This document shows, one piece after another, positions 23,091 to 35,477 of a DNA stretch of 64,000 bases. This DNA is from Macrostomum lignano (lineage: Eukaryota), in contig NIVC01001376.1 in assembly GCA_002269645.1 (NCBI GenBank), positions 186,001-250,000 of the forward strand, read 5' to 3'. The stretch's first letter is position 1. The number at the start of each line of letters is the position of its first letter. The position numbers were made by a program, and so were the translations under genes. The notes under the pieces were generated by a model that was not told the origin of the DNA, searched no databases, and saw only the letters and a program-made list of their open reading frames with translations.

Positions 23091-24084
23091 ATTAGCACCA
23101 CTCCCAAACTGCTAAAAGGTGACTACTATTATCGCCTCAGAAGTTTAAAGTTAAACCCTCCCCAGAAATTGGCAGTTATCCCCACAACAACCTGAAATTA
23201 TCCCTTCTAATTCCGCAAAACAGACTGCAGTCATACAGCTCATTTGCACTCTACAACTTTTATTATTATTATTCATTTATCCCTCAGGGACCCAGAATTG
23301 TCCCTTCTGCAAGCTACAATTATTCACAGTTAGATATCCGCCTCAGAAGTCTGCCATTATTATCCTAGTCTGCCATTATTATCCTAGCAGTCTGCAGCTA
23401 TCCACTCGGCAGTTTGCAGCTTATACGCTCATAAGTCTCGAGAAACTAACCAACGTCAGCAGTTTGCAGTTTGTCCCCTTTGCAGTCTGCAATGATCCTT
23501 TCAACAATCTGCAGTTACCCTCAGTAGTCTGCAGTCAATTCATTTGCAGTCAGCAAGTGTTTCCTTAATAATTCTCATTTATCCCCTCAGCAGTCTGCAG
23601 TTCTCTCAGCTGGCCCCTCAGTATTTTCAGCAAACTGCAATGATCTTTTCAATTATTTAAAAATTTGCTCAGCATTTACGACGGCGCACTAATCAATTTT
23701 CGATACATATTGGCAGTCTTGCGCAACTCAGCATTTAGCAATACCTCAGCAGTTTAGCAGCATCGTCTACTGCAATGATCCTTTCAACAATGTAGAAATT
23801 AACTCAGCATTTTATGGCTCACTAATCGATTTTCGATACATATCGGCAATCTCTTGCACCACTCAGCATTTAGCAATACCTCAGCAGTTTAGCAGCATCA
23901 TCTGCAGTTTAGTAATATCTACTTCTATAGACCTAGATAATAACAATTAATGGGATCTTAGGATTTTACAAATCAAATCAAATTTGCTTAGTGGCTTGTG
24001 CGAGTAGCAAAAAAATTATTCAAAAAATGTTCAGAATAGTCGAGGCAGAAGCTACTAATAAATGAATTTATTTAATTTTAATTA

Positions 24085-24167
24085 TCCGCTGGGGAGGCGG
24101 ACTCGAACCTTGGACCTTATGCCTAGCCTAAACCTAGTCCTAGTGCCTACAGTGCGGCTATTCCGCC
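24085..24167 (-). other. tRNA-like / SINE-head remnant
   Basis: Perfect B-box GGTTCGAGTCC (reverse complement of 24099-24109) with an A-box-like GGCGGAATAGCCGCACTG upstream; no intact cloverleaf. Confidence 0.4.
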
Positions 24168-24463
24168 TACTGATGGGAGGGCGCAAAAATCAGCCATATA
24201 TGCTTCGGCACTGCAGTCAAATACATAGCAGTGATAGGCTGCTCAGTGTGCACAGGTTGAGTGCAGGCAGAGCCAATGCACAATTGAGTGAAATCTATAA
24301 ATAGCAATTGTCTATGCAGTCCGCCAGTCAGCCAGGGTCAGAATGTACACACGCAGCCACTGAGCATTTCCTCTCACTTATTGCAGCCAGTATTGAGGCG
24401 TACACAGTGAACAGAGAAAAGTTGTGGCGCAATCTTAATATGAATTGAAATTCAGTTAGTGAG

Positions 24464-24921
24464 ATTTGACCTTTTCTAGCTTTCCATTGAAAGCATTGGG
24501 AAAACTCGTTTTTCGAATATTTAACCAACTTCCCATTCGAATTTTTCAATGCAATTACACCCACACAATCTCACAAGAATTTTGAGTTGAATAAAGCAAG
24601 TTTGAAAAAAATCGGTTCAGGCATTCAGGCTGTGGACTGGAATACCGGTCAGACAGACAGACAGACAGATCTTAGAGATTTAGTATATTGTGATTTGACC
24701 TTTTCTAGCTTTCCATTGAAAGCATTGGGAAAACTCGTTTTTCGAATATTTAACCAACTTCCCATTCGAATTTTTCAATGCAATTACACCCACACAATCT
24801 CACAAGAATTTTGAGTTGAATAAAGCAAGTTTGAAAAAAATCGGTTCAGGCATTCAGGCTGTGGACTGGAATACCGGTCAGACAGACAGACAGACAGATC
24901 TTAGAGATTTAGTATATTGTG
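24464..24921. repeat. 229-bp tandem duplication (2 copies) of a DINE-1/Helitron-like non-autonomous element segment
   Basis: Identical ORFs 24587 and 24816 give the 229-bp period. Each copy ends AAATCGGTTCAG...(GACA)4...TTAGTATATT. The family call is by resemblance only. Confidence 0.6.
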
Positions 24922-26910
24922 AGAAGAATATGGAGGTGGGGTTAATGTACAGTCCTTCTGCGCCTCTCCTCTCCCCTGGGCTTGTGGGGTGGGGGGGGGG
25001 GTTCGCAAGTGCCAGCTGTGTGAGGCGACTTTTTAAACGAATGCTGTGTTACAGTGAAATGAAGTCCTCCCCAGTCTGAATGGATAATGGCTGTTTCAAC
25101 TTTCAACTGAACTTTAAATTCTACCGGAAATTGACTTTGTTGTTTTTTAATACTTGCAATTGCAATAATTGTGGTTCATTCAACCTCTGTCTAGCGCCAA
25201 GATTCCATCTATGACGCCTTGATTGATTCTCATTTTGGTTTGGCGCATTGATTCTCATTTTGACCTGTTGTTTCTCATGTTTGCGTCTTGATTCTCATTT
25301 GGACCGTTTGATTCTCATTTGCTCCCTACCTTGTGTGCTTCATGCCCGTGCCCGTGCGCCCCCACCCCCAATAAACGAATTGAATAAATGTGGGGTTGAG
25401 CTGAGCCATGTGCCTTGTGCACATCTATGAACTCTGATCTCTGAATCCCCCATTACTCAGTCAGTGCCAGACACCACCCCTGCCCCCAAGTTCCAAGTTC
25501 CGAAGAAAAAGCTTTTCAGTTCGATTATTCTCGAATTCCATTGAGTCACACATTGGAAAGGAAAAAAGAACGCCGATAGAAATTTAGAGCAAACACAGCC
25601 GGTCATACAGGCAACTAAGCCCTTCTCTTATCTCCCTCTCTGTCTGTCTCTCTCTCCACCAATCTGGTTTACCCGCACGGCCGCCCCGGAGTGCAGCCAC
25701 CCCTCCATGCGTACACAAGCGCCTTTCAACATAAACTGAGTTCGTATATTAGCAGGCACGCTGGGTTCCGCAGCTGGCTCGTCTCTCCTCTCCCCCTCAC
25801 CACGGCTCTCAAGACGCCTACGGCTGGAATTCTATGAATTATACAGTACTGCTTTGGTGAGTCTAAAAGCGCAGCTTGTTATTGTTAATGCTTCGGCATT
25901 GGCAGAATCTAGCTAGCTCTATAAAATAACATCATTCACTGGAATTAGAATTATTGACTAATGCCTTTGGCTTAAATTTAACAGGTTTTAGTTTTATCAA
26001 TGATGATCAATGACACATACATTAATGGGAATTCACTAGTTTTTTTCAAGCTTGACTTAAGTCCAATGGTTGCACCAAATGCACCTAAGGGCGAGGGGTC
26101 GACCACCCCCTTTAGGGCCTTTGCCTTAGGGCCACTGAAGATTTTTTAAGAGGAAAATTCTGGTGTGGGCCCATTCTTGCCAGTGCCACCTCTCTCCCCA
26201 GTGGTTAGAAAAATTGGGGCGTACCCTCTAGGCCGGCGCCCCGGCGGCCCTCAAGGGTACGCCCCATCCCGCAAGATAAAAGTTTGTAGGTTTTCTTCTT
26301 TGTGCGTATGAAATATTTTTGTGAGGAAATTATGTAAAGAGCAGAATTTTTAAAGTTGATTTTTTTAGTTTCGGGTGTTTTTGTGCTCAAACCTGACAGT
26401 ACGCCTTTCAGTACGTGCAGTGGACAGTGGGGCGAACTATTGATATCCTTATTAATTATTTTCTTGTATAATGAGCTCATTATTTATTTGCATTGACCAA
26501 TCCTCATACTACAGCTAACTTGAACTTTTAACCCTTTGAGCAGCCATCTCTTTGAAAAAATTGCTGCAAGCTCCAAAGTGGGGTATAGGCGACTCGTGCA
26601 AATTTTTCTGAGTTTCATACACTTCAGAAATTGGATGTGAACGCAAAAGTGTGCGTTTTAGCCTACCTACTTATAAGTAATACCTTTTGATCTTCGAAAT
26701 CAACGCAACAAAAAATATATTTTTTAATACTCCACTACTTAAGCACTAGCGCATGTACAATGTTGCTTGTACTCTTAAGTTTTCATTTAGATGAGTCCGA
26801 TTTGGTGGTCAATTCAGGATTTTTAAAGTAGTGGGGGCAGATTTGCCCAAATTTTTGTTTTGGCCTAAAAAGCCAAAGTAAGCTCAAAATTTACCCCCCT
26901 TATATGCAAG

Positions 26911-27251
26911 TCTAGCCATGGCAAAGGGGGCGGCCGCCGGGTCTACTACATCTACGAGTACATTTGACCGCCACAATTTGATCGCCGTTCTATTCAAGGT
27001 GAAATAGGGCGGCGGGCAAATTGTCTGGCGGGCAAATTGTCTGGCGGGCAAATTGTCTGGCGGGCAAATTGTCTGGCGGGCAAATTGTCTGGCGGGCAAA
27101 TTGTCTGGCGGGCAAATTGTCTGGCGGGCAAATTGTCTGGCGGGCAAATTGTCTGGCGGGAAAATTGTCTGGCGGGAAAATTGTCTGGCGGGCAAATTGT
27201 GGCGGTCTCCGCTGTCGGTCTCCCGCGGCCGCGCCCCCCCCTTGGATAGTG
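26911..27251. repeat. 16-bp tandem array (GGCGGGCAAATTGTCT, ~12 copies at 27010-27200) between imperfect GC-rich inverted repeats
   Basis: Array read directly; flanks GGGGGGCGGCCGCCGGG and CCCGCGGCCGCGCCCCCC. Confidence 0.8.
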
Positions 27252-27623
27252 GCGTAAATAAATACTCATTTCAAAGTTTTACATGTAAGTAGGCGGCATA
27301 CCCTTGCACAAGGTTGCATAATTATTTGAAAGCCGTATGCTTGTATGGGGTGGACAGTTGACAGTCAAAATGCCTATATCTACATGTACCTCCATACAGT
27401 AATACTTTTCCTATTAAACAACAATTAAGGTCAAAGATAACATATGCGTATGCCAGCAAAGGTTTAAAATTTTCAATAATTAATTGTACGGTACAATGCG
27501 ATAGCAAAACAAACTAATCTTAGATGCAGCTATTATCTAGAATCTCGATTTATCTTCCAGAATTTTAGAGAAATACAACTAGGACAGGGGAAATCCCGGA
27601 AAATCAATCAGGTTTGCCAAGCT

Positions 27624-27745
27624 GTATTAAAGGGGGACCAAGCGCATTTTTACCAAAATACAGAGCCACCCCTCCGCCCCCCTTGGGTCTTTACCCTTCA
27701 GAATCCGCCCCCCCCCCACATAAGAAATTTCTGCTTGCGCCACTG
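27624..27745 (-). mobile_element. Partial copy of the 28083-28281 MITE, in inverted orientation
   Basis: Ends GAAATTTCTGCTTGCGCCACTG (reverse complement CAGTGGCGCAAGCAGAAATT). Internal GGGGGACCAAGCG and CAGAATCCGCCCCC match the full copy. Confidence 0.75.
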
Positions 27746-28082
27746 CTAACAGTTCAAGTAATTCTGGAGAGCACAGAGTGCTGTCTAGAGAAGCTGTTCA
27801 GGCTTGGCACAACGCGCCCGCCAAAATTTTGTTAATGTCAACTTTTGCTCATTGTAATGTTCGAAATTCCTTGCCAGGGATTGGCTAACTATTTTACTTT
27901 AAGTGCCAGATAGAGAATCTAGCTCAAGACTGCGGGCCAGAAGGAGGAGAGTGGAGGGGAGAGGGGAGAGATGTGAGATGTGAGAGGAGGGAAGAGAGGA
28001 GAGAGGCGAGATGAGAGAAAGAAGGGAGATAAGGGGAGAGAGGAGAGAGGCGAAAGGAGAGATGTCAGAGGAAGGGAGCAAG

Positions 28083-28281
28083 CAGTAGCGCAACCAGAAA
28101 TTTTTTGAGGGGGGCGGATTCTGGAAGGTAAAGTCCCGTGAGGGGGGGCGAAGGGGAGGCTCTGTTTTTGGCGAAAATTCGCTTGGTCCCCCTTCAATTT
28201 TTTCTGAGTCTCCGCCTAAGGGGGGGACCGCCCCCCCCCCCCCACGCCCCCCCCCCCCCCCCCCCCCTGGTTGCGCCACTG
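28083..28281 (+). mobile_element. hAT MITE with 15-bp TIRs and an 8-bp TSD
   Basis: CAGTAGCGCAACCAG ... CTGGTTGCGCCACTG; GGAGCAAG on both flanks. Confidence 0.9.
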
Positions 28282-28419
28282 GGAGCAAGGAAAGAGGGGA
28301 AAGGAGGAGAGAGGGGAGATTTTGATGAGAAAAGGAGAAGAAATTAGCAAAAAGCTGAGAAGAGATGCAAACCTTGAGCGGGCTGGATTGTTATTGGCAT
28401 GGGAAGTTAGAAAGGACCC

Positions 28420-28482
28420 GAGGGCCGGATAGAGAGACTGCGGGCCGCATGTGGCCCGTGGGCTGGAGTTTGCTGACCCCTG
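28420..28482. mobile_element. hAT-Charlie (MER58-like) terminus, solitary
   Basis: GGGCCGGAT...CGGGCCGCATGTGGCCCG...AGTTTGCTGACCCCTG; the other end was not found. Confidence 0.65.
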
Positions 28483-29349
28483 CAGCCTGCAGTAGGCTAT
28501 GCATGACGGGCCCAGTTAAGTGCATAATGGCAAATAAGAGACATGGGAGATTGGAGATAGGAGACTGTCTCCCCTGTCTCCCCTTCATTTATCTCCCCGA
28601 TTACGAGTAGGGCACAGTCACTCAGTCACATTTTGATACATAGACATAGATATTTTCTCAGTTTTCATATTCATAGGCGGTCAGAGCTCAAATGGGACAG
28701 GTCATGAATAAATAACAATCTAACCCCCGCCTTGTCATTTTTCCGGATGAATAAATCCACTGAATCATAAAGGTTTCAAAGTGCATTTGCGTTCTCATGA
28801 CAGTTTTTGCCACTCAATTATTCTAGTCTTACTGAATCCCCGAGTTAACAGAAAATTATAGCTCGGCGCACGTCCGCCAGCTTGAATATTCTCGCTATAT
28901 TGTTCTCTATTTGCGATCGTCTTTTACAACCCGACATCAATAAAACCTGTGTGGGCTTTATCTCTCATTAACAGAAATCTCTCATCAATTATAGCCTGTA
29001 TAAAGCTTACTCATTTAGAGTTGCTCTTAGAAAAATGTTTTGAATTTCCTGGCCAGTGGCAATAACCCGTAATGACAGGGCAATGCAAGGAATTATTTTA
29101 ACCTAGAGGTGACAGCTAATTTTGGCCAATTCATTTCAGTTGGGGTGGGGGGTTAGAAGAAAGGCTAGAGAAGTGATATGGGAATTTCTACGTTGTACCG
29201 TTCTTGCCTGCTTAAGCGAACCTATGCGAAACAAACAAACTGTCCTGACTCCTTATCAGTGCAGGTCATCAAGTTTTTTCTATTCCCATATTGCACCAAA
29301 GATAAAGGAAGAACAAAGACGAATTTCGTGCGAGGCTTGACAAGGTCTG

Positions 29350-29388
<39 letters not shown>

Positions 29389-30143
29389 AGTTACAACCTA
29401 GCATAAACACATAAATACTTTGATACGGAAAGTATTGATTCGATCTGACCTAAAATAGGTGCCAGCAAAAGAAAGAAAATATTCATAGCATTTTATATGT
29501 GCTTAAAAGTAAAACCAGATGGTAACAGATGGAAATTGCAGTTGTGCAGCTAGTTGATTATTATCAATGGGATAAGTAAAATATTACAAAAATTCTGTTG
29601 GCTTGAATTGGAGGTAGGAATACTGTATACAATACCATTAGTATTTCATATACTGGGGTTTAAGAAAATAAATCCCCCATTTCAGCCGCATCACATCCCA
29701 CTAAGTTTCCGGCCCCTCCACCCCTCCTACACAGTTTTGAGCTAAATTACCCCTCCGGCCTCTATAACACCGAATTTTAAGCTGTACCTAATTCTAGGGT
29801 TCAAGAATGTAAACAATAAAGATAGAAGCAATATAATCAGTCTCTAAAATAACTCCAGTTCATGAATGACCGATCGCCAGGCTTGTAGTAAACTCGTGAA
29901 ACTGCGGATCCTAAAAGTAAAGATAAAATGGCAGTTTGCGATCGAGTATGCATCGTAATATACTAATATTTAACTCACAATCTACAATCATGTCTGCGTG
30001 TTGAAGCTGAGAACATATACAGGAAGAAATTGCAGAATTGCAGAATACAGGGAATACGAGAATCGAGATAGAAGGAAATCGGATTGATATAAAAAACAGA
30101 GAAAGATATTTTTAGTACTCACTTGCGACTCACGCGTCCTACA

Positions 30144-32170
30144 TCAGGCCTCCTCGGAGTCACCTGTCAGAGGAATGACAAAAAAATGGCTTGCTGGATC
30201 CCTGTCCGCTCCAGCAAGATTGGCAAGCAGATTCGCAGGCAAAATCCAGCACTTTCGCTCAGGTGTGCCAGTTAGAACACCAGATGTCATCCTGTACAAG
30301 CCGATTCCCAGACGCAAAGATGGATATGGGTTGGCGTAGATGTTGTCAACTGGGTGTAAAATCCTGCCAGTGACTTGATTAGCTTCACTTACAGCTTCGA
30401 TTAGGACGCATACTTTGTCGATTATGCAACAATTATCACCTCGCTTTGTGCTGAATTTCAACGGTGGAATGCGCTGCTCATTCAACAGAAGATCGCGAAC
30501 TCTGAGCACCTGCTTAACTGAATGCGCTGCCATGTGCCTTGTCACCTTTACGCGGCGCTTTACAGATCCAAGAAAGTTTTCGAAAGGGAAAGTCGAAAAG
30601 TTGTTTAAACTGCCTAGCTTTCGGACAAACTCATCCAAATGAAGAATAGTGTGAAGATTGAAACTTATAAACTTCTGGCCGTAAAGATGGGCAGCCCGTT
30701 CAACAAAAACTTCAATGCAAGTTTTTGCCTGCGTCCACCACTTGGAGTACCTTTCGTTGGAGTATGCGTAAATGGCGAAATGGAGGTAAAGAAAGTGGTT
30801 ATACCTTTCTTCATTTAAAATGCCTTTGAAGAGGACAGGTCCTAGGTACAGCAAGTACTGTCTGAATTCAGTAGCCTTCATGTGCTTTAGTTCCAAGTCG
30901 ATTTTCCGGGGTCTTCGTTGAAAGTTTGAAGGTGTCCAACCGGCAGCCATAGTAATTCGGTCGCCCAATAGGCTCATCGGACCGGGATAGACGAGACACT
31001 TCTTGCCATTAGATTTGTCGAAAAATAGGTAAAAAAGCTTCCTTGTGACTCCAAGGCAGACGGCATGCTGGTAGTCAGGGGGAAAAGCATCGACAAAACT
31101 AATGTTAGGCAAATTTAGAAGGGGCGATAGAGCGATTTTTTTATTTTCCTGGTTAGACTCCTTTCCCTCTCGGTATTGTTGGCTGCTACGAGACTCCCCG
31201 ACGCTCGTTGAAAATGTTACTCTGTTGTCGGTATAAGGTCCAGTAGCCCTGCAGTACATGCAACCGACGTACGACATGTGCCCTTGAGTTACTGAGACCC
31301 AGGCTCGAGCAGGCGCATCGCAAACAAATCGGATAGTCGAGAAGCTGATGCTTAAATTTTCGATAATTTTAATGGACCCGTAAGAAAACGTTTAGCCTCG
31401 TCGCAAAATTGTCGAAGATAATCATTCAGAGGTGGCTTGCCACAACCAGCCCATACGGCTACTGGAAAAGGTCTGCTGAATACGCTGGGAATAGACATTA
31501 GTATGGGCCAAAGACCGAAGTGGCTTGCTCGGTACAAAGGCAAGCCGTCAAAATTAACGATGGCTTCAATTTTGTAAACCTTCTCAGTTTCACTATCGTG
31601 TTGTAGATATTCTGGCTTCATGTGCAGCTGGTTTTTGCGAAACATTAGTTCTAGATTTTTCAGAATCGAAATGTAGCGAAAATGGCCTTTTCCCATGGAC
31701 TCCAATTTTTCCGTTGGATCGCCAGCATTGATGACGGCCTCAATAGAGTTGACAGACTTCGGCGCAGGCAAGCCTATGTCTCTTAGACCATCAACAAGGA
31801 ATTTTTTAGATCCACGACTTAGGTTGAAACAAGAAAAGTAGACTACCAGCAAGGCGAATATTTTATCTTCTAAAGAGCGGTCATCCTCTTTCTTGTCAAT
31901 CTCCTCATCTTCATCGCTGCAAACTCGCGCGAACTCGTCAAAATCAGGATAGCTGCCATTGTCGTTGCCAAGATCTGGATCAGTACCTTCATTGATTTCT
32001 GCTACAGAGGACTCCGAAGCGATGAAACCGGCGACTCTCCCAGAATCATCTGCTTCGACTACTTTTCTTTTTTTCTCTTGCAGTGCGATGTCTTCCAAAG
32101 CTTCTTGTTCTCCTTCCATGAACAAGCCCAGCAAATCCTTATTTGCTTGTCGCCTCAATTGCCTTGTCAT
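30144..32170 (-). CDS. EnSpm/CACTA-type (CMC) DDE transposase, one frameshift near 31360
   Basis: NFDGLPLY...LWPIL, FVCDAPARA..GH.SY.GC.YC, DYQHAVCLGV, MKATEFRQYLLY, FNLHTILHL, FPFENFLG. Intronless; the two ORFs join by one 1-nt shift at ...CCATTAAAATTATCGAAAATTTA. Confidence 0.9.
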
Positions 32171-32310
32171 TGTTTTCGTCCGAATCAGACTTTGATGATA
32201 GTTGACTGTTGTAATAAAGTAATTACTACGATTGCTTATTTCGTATTAAAGAAAGTATATGAACAAAAGCTGGGAAGAATTGAAAACTATTCCTTTGGGG
32301 GTTTGTGCGC

Positions 32311-32360
32311 GCTGATTGGACAGGTATGGGTGCGGGGACGGTAGGGCCAATGAAATTGGA
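32311..32360. promoter_or_regulatory. Candidate bidirectional promoter core between the transposase and accessory gene
   Basis: ATTGG (32315), GC-rich GGGTGCGGGG, CCAAT (32347) and ATTGG (32355), central in the 358-bp head-to-head gap. Confidence 0.4.
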
Positions 32361-32528
32361 AAAGCCATTGCGGCCTTTTTCATTCGAAGAACTATAGAAG
32401 ACAATTGCTTCTAGAAGCAACCTAAACCACTGAATCATTAAATAAGCATAAACTATAGTGTGAGCTCCAAACTCTTGCTTTATTTGGTACTCAGTTTTGC
32501 ACTAGCATAGTCTAGTCTGCATGCTACA

Positions 32529-35477
32529 ATGAAGTTTTTAGTGATCTTTAAAGACGACCGTCAAATTGTTGAGGTCCCGGAAAGCGAACTGAAGCTTCCT
32601 GAAGGCTTTCAAAACCTTAAGGAAGAGGAATGGTTAGAAAAGAGGGACTCCACTGAGAAGTGGAAGTGTGAAGCCTTGTATGAAGGCTGTTTTTACTCTG
32701 CTCTAATTATTCAGGTAAGCAACCGATCCCAACGATATTTGAAATGTTAAAATTCTTGAATCGATCTAATATTTGTACGCTCATATTTTCTCATTAATTT
32801 AAAGGTAATACTAAGCAACAACCTAGAGCCTGGGAGCTTCCGCTTTGTGCGTGAATTGGTGGCCAAAAAGACCCGACTGAACCGAATTCTCGAGTTGGTT
32901 CAACCCAGAGTCTTTCAGGAGCGTGACATGAAGAAAGCACGAAGGCATTACCAGACTAAGGTAAAATTAAGCACAGCCCATATAATTTTTATCGAGAACT
33001 TTGTTTTCTCCGTTTTACCTTTTAAACTAATTTTTAAGAAAAGGGAAGAAATTAAATGTGAGAATAATCTTTAAAACTGACATTACCTTGATAATTTCTC
33101 ATGCCGTAACCATCCCAAACAGAATCTGTCAGACGGCTCAGCCACCGATTCCGAGGCAATCTTCGAAGATAAGAGCAGCCGCTGTTTGCAACCTCCAGCT
33201 TTGCTGCCTAAACAACATCCGCCTACGATTGCACAGTTAGCGCCAATGCCTCCTATTAGTGATGATGAAGCAGAAGCTGGCGTAGACGCCGATATGGAAG
33301 CTGAGGCGGAAGCTGAAGTGGAAGCTGAGGTGGAAGCTGAGGTGGAAGCTGAGGCGGAAGCTGAAGTGGAAGATGAGGCGGAAGCTGAAGTGGAAGCTGA
33401 GGCGGAAGCTGAAGTGGAAGCTGAGGTGGAAGCTGAGATCGGAGCTGAGGTGGAAGCTGAGATGGGAGCTGAGGCGGAAGCTGAGGCGGAAGCTGAGGTG
33501 GAAGCTGAGATGGGAGCTGAGGTGGAAGCTGAGGCGGAAGCTGAAATAGAAGCTGAGTTCGTAGCAGATGATCGATCGACGATTCCTAAGTCGCCTCCCA
33601 CCATTTCATCTTTTAATTTTGGTTCTGGCTTTCTTAGAAAACTAGAAGAGCAGATCCAAGCCGGTGTTAGCTTTGAGCTGGAAAGTCCAAGAGGCATCAA
33701 GTTTCTGTCCTTATATGCCCTACGCGAACTTACTATGCGCAAGAATGAATTGAAAGCATTAGAAAATGGTTTGACCAAACAAATCACCGCAATGCGCACT
33801 GAAGTGCAGAGCGTGCTACGCTTTTTGGTACCGGTTGGCGCTGACATTCCAACTGATAATTCTGAGCCTTCATTCTGGCCGATCAACTCCTGGGAAAAAT
33901 ATGTGCAATTCGCTTCCAATCCAAATGAATATATTTCTACTTTGGTAAGTTCATGACTGAGTTTTTTATTTTCTTTTCATTAAAAGAAATGCTCTAACTA
34001 CTACTCAAAGCGCACTAGTACTATCACTGTGAAATAACAATCTATAAGTATTCTCACCTGTAAAAATCTAAACAGAAGAGCCTGCTACGTTCATGCAAGC
34101 GAGACAAGTGGTCCGATGCTTTAATGGCAATGCTTAACGAGAGCTTGTCGAAAGAGATGCAGGCGGTTATTAATTTAATCGGGTCAGACATGCGAAGCCG
34201 AGCTGTTGCTGCTGGAGTTGCGACCAACCTTGCTGATGCGCAGCTTGGATTTCAGAGCACTCTGCTCAGCCATTTCCAAAGTAAGTCTACTTAATCAACG
34301 TTCAATGAGACTTTTAAAGCTAAATATCAAGAAATTAGTCGAGCACAGCGCATGCTATTCATAGTAACTTTCAACTTTTTTCCTAACAGAAGCAATCACA
34401 TTCATCTATGGCGCGACCGCTGAAGCCGGCAGGCCCTCTGAACAATCTGTAAGAAATACTTGCAGACAGCAGCTAAAGCATGGCGGTGACCGATTAAAGG
34501 GGCGGTCGCATCGCACAGGAAGCCAGCTGCTTTCCGGAGTCCAGACTCAAAGCCCCGCTTCTGACAGCACCGTACAAAGACAGTCTCTGGTGGCAGCGAC
34601 TCCAAGCCCCGCTTCTGGCAGCGCCGTACAAAGACAGTCTCTGGTGGCAGCGACTCAAAGTCCCGCTTCTGGCAGCGCTGTGCAAAGACGATCTCTGGTG
34701 GCAGCGACTCAAAGTCCCGCTTCTGGCAGCGCCGTGCAAAGACAGTCTCTGGTGGCAGCGACTCCAAGCCCCGCTTCTGGCAGCGCCGTGCAAAGACAGT
34801 CTCTGGTGGCAGCGACTCCAAGCCCCGCTTCTGGCAGCGCCGTGCAAAGACAGTCTCTGGTGGCAGCGACTCAAAGTCCCGCTTCTGGCAGCGCCGTGCA
34901 AAGACAGTCTCTGGTGGCAGCGACTCAAAGCCCCGCTTCTGGCAGCGCCGTGCAAAGACAGTCTCTGGTGGCAGCGACTCAAAGCCCCGCTTCTGGCAGC
35001 GCCGTGCAAAGACAGTCTCTGGTGGCAGCGACTCAAAGTCCCGCTTCTGGCAGCGCCGTGCAAAGACACAGCCATTCATCTTCTTTTTCCCTAGTGAGTA
35101 AAAACGTATCTAAACTGAATAATGAACGATGAATACGATGATTGATAAGCATTAAATACTACTGTCAGTAAGATAAAATGTGCATGCAGTAATTTTTTGT
35201 TTTCTTTCCAATGTCACAGACACCATCGCGACTATCAGCGGGAGAAGTGCCGCCAGCGGTGACAGCAAAGCCGAGCTCCCAATCCAGAAAGCGAGCGAGT
35301 ATTCAGTTGGATTCTCAGCCTCGAAAGCGGAACAACCATCGCCCCCGTTCAGCAAAGTCAAAAAACAACTACCGCACTGACTGCTCTCTCGAATCTGATG
35401 ACGAAACCGAATCAAGTGGATCAAACTGGTCCGAAGATCAGCGAGAGCTGGATGATGGACAATTTAAAATCTTCTAA
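32529..35477 (+). CDS. Transposon accessory (TnpA-like, DUF4806-like) protein, ~776 aa; exons 32529-32714, 32805-32960, 33123-33944, 34076-34280, 34390-35093, 35220-35477
   Basis: All five introns are GT-AG with consistent phases (0,0,0,1,0) and no stops. N-terminus [17 protein letters not shown]; FWPINSWE and [13 protein letters not shown] motifs resemble EnSpm ORF2/DUF4806 proteins. Confidence 0.78.
33275..33560 (+). repeat. Coding 12-bp repeat (GAAGCTGAGGTG) giving an (EAEV/EAEA)n acidic tract
   Basis: Read directly in exon 3 of the accessory gene. Confidence 0.92.
34540..35070 (+). repeat. Coding 54-bp tandem repeat, ~9.5 copies, encoding [18 protein letters not shown]
   Basis: Read directly; in frame within exon 5 of the accessory gene. 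Confidence 0.93.

Noticed and set aside
24085-24167. Functional tRNA gene
   Set aside because: The B-box is perfect but there is no acceptor or anticodon stem; kept only as a SINE-like remnant.
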